Origin: a virus
Taxonomy: Duplodnaviria > Heunggongvirae > Uroviricota > Caudoviricetes
DNA length: 57,226 nucleotides
IMG/VR virus record: IMGVR_UViG_3300025896_000022
Reading direction: 5' to 3' (one strand)
The position numbers and the translations under genes were made by a program. Position 1 is the first letter of the stretch; each line of letters opens with the position of its first letter. Below the pieces are notes generated by a model. The model worked only from the letters and a program-made list of their open reading frames with translations. It was not told the origin of the DNA and did no database searches. This document shows positions 56,944-57,226 of this stretch, one piece after another.

Positions 56944-57224
56944 TTTATTGTATTAAATTTTAAAATATTTAAACCATGTTTTTTTGCAAGTTTTCTTTTA
57001 AACAAAATAAGATTTTTATGATGAACATATAGTTCTTCAGTTAATTCATTTGCTTTTACTCCTAATGAAGATTGAACATAATGTTTTGTAATTAAATCAA
57101 CTTCTTTTTTAGTTGCTTTTTTTTTTATTTTTTTCCATCCTTCTGGATTTATATTTTTTTGCCAATTATATGTTTTTTCTCTAACAATTTCTGCATTGTC
57201 AGAGTACCATTTTCTTTTTGTTGC
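56940..57224 (-). CDS. 5'-truncated basic hypothetical protein (not in ORF track)
   Basis: Open frame from the window end (ATKRKWYSDNAEIVREK...LNILKFNTIK*), ending in a TGA that overlaps the ATG at 56943. Confidence 0.55.
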   Translation of the reverse strand, partial: ATKRKWYSDNAEIVREKTYNWQKNINPEGWKKIKKKATKKEVDLITKHYVQSSLGVKANELTEELYVHHKNLILFKRKLAKKHGLNILKFNTIK

Positions 57225-57226
57225 AT

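Noticed and set aside
1-57226. Stop-codon reassignment (TGA=Trp or TAG=Gln), known in some crAss-like phages
   Set aside because: Very long ORFs are intact under code 11, Trp is encoded by TGG, and TGA serves as a true stop in many ATGA overlaps. The two interrupted genes use different stops (TGA and TAA).

Overview
Very AT-rich fragment of a large tailed phage with a Crassvirales-like (crAss-like) gene set. The host is probably Bacteroidota, inferred from TAnnTTTG promoter elements and a general lack of Shine-Dalgarno motifs; the genetic code is standard. The + strand (1-29.2 kb) carries late genes. These are a 5'-truncated virion protein, three giant putative ejected proteins (1587, 3946 and 1962 aa) and fibre/spike genes. 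The 3946-aa protein is a single-chain virion RNA polymerase (GSDFDID motif) with a zincin HEAFH domain, and the 1962-aa protein has a PD-(D/E)XK nuclease domain. A three-gene antisense island and a lysis cassette (holin, lipoprotein, GH73 endolysin) follow at 29.3-32.2 kb. The - strand (32.2-57.2 kb) holds replication and nucleotide genes (PolB, primase, DnaB, SF2 helicase, PD-(D/E)XK, GIY-YIG and HNH nucleases, AAA ATPase, UDG, dUTPase, HAD) and then an accessory region of small genes. The main leads are four. (1) The three giant proteins are almost Cys-free but carry cysteines at exactly the facing termini, with a shared C-terminal helix motif, which suggests head-to-tail chaining. (2) An array of short genes is joined by 24-33 nt direct repeats, and two of them carry in-frame nonsense codons. 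(3) A 148-nt tRNA-like element has about 75 extra nt in place of the anticodon loop. (4) A tightly coupled His-rich four-gene module has no known function. Family names are recognised from motifs by eye and were not checked against databases. No CRISPR array, reverse transcriptase, integrase, intein or intron was seen.
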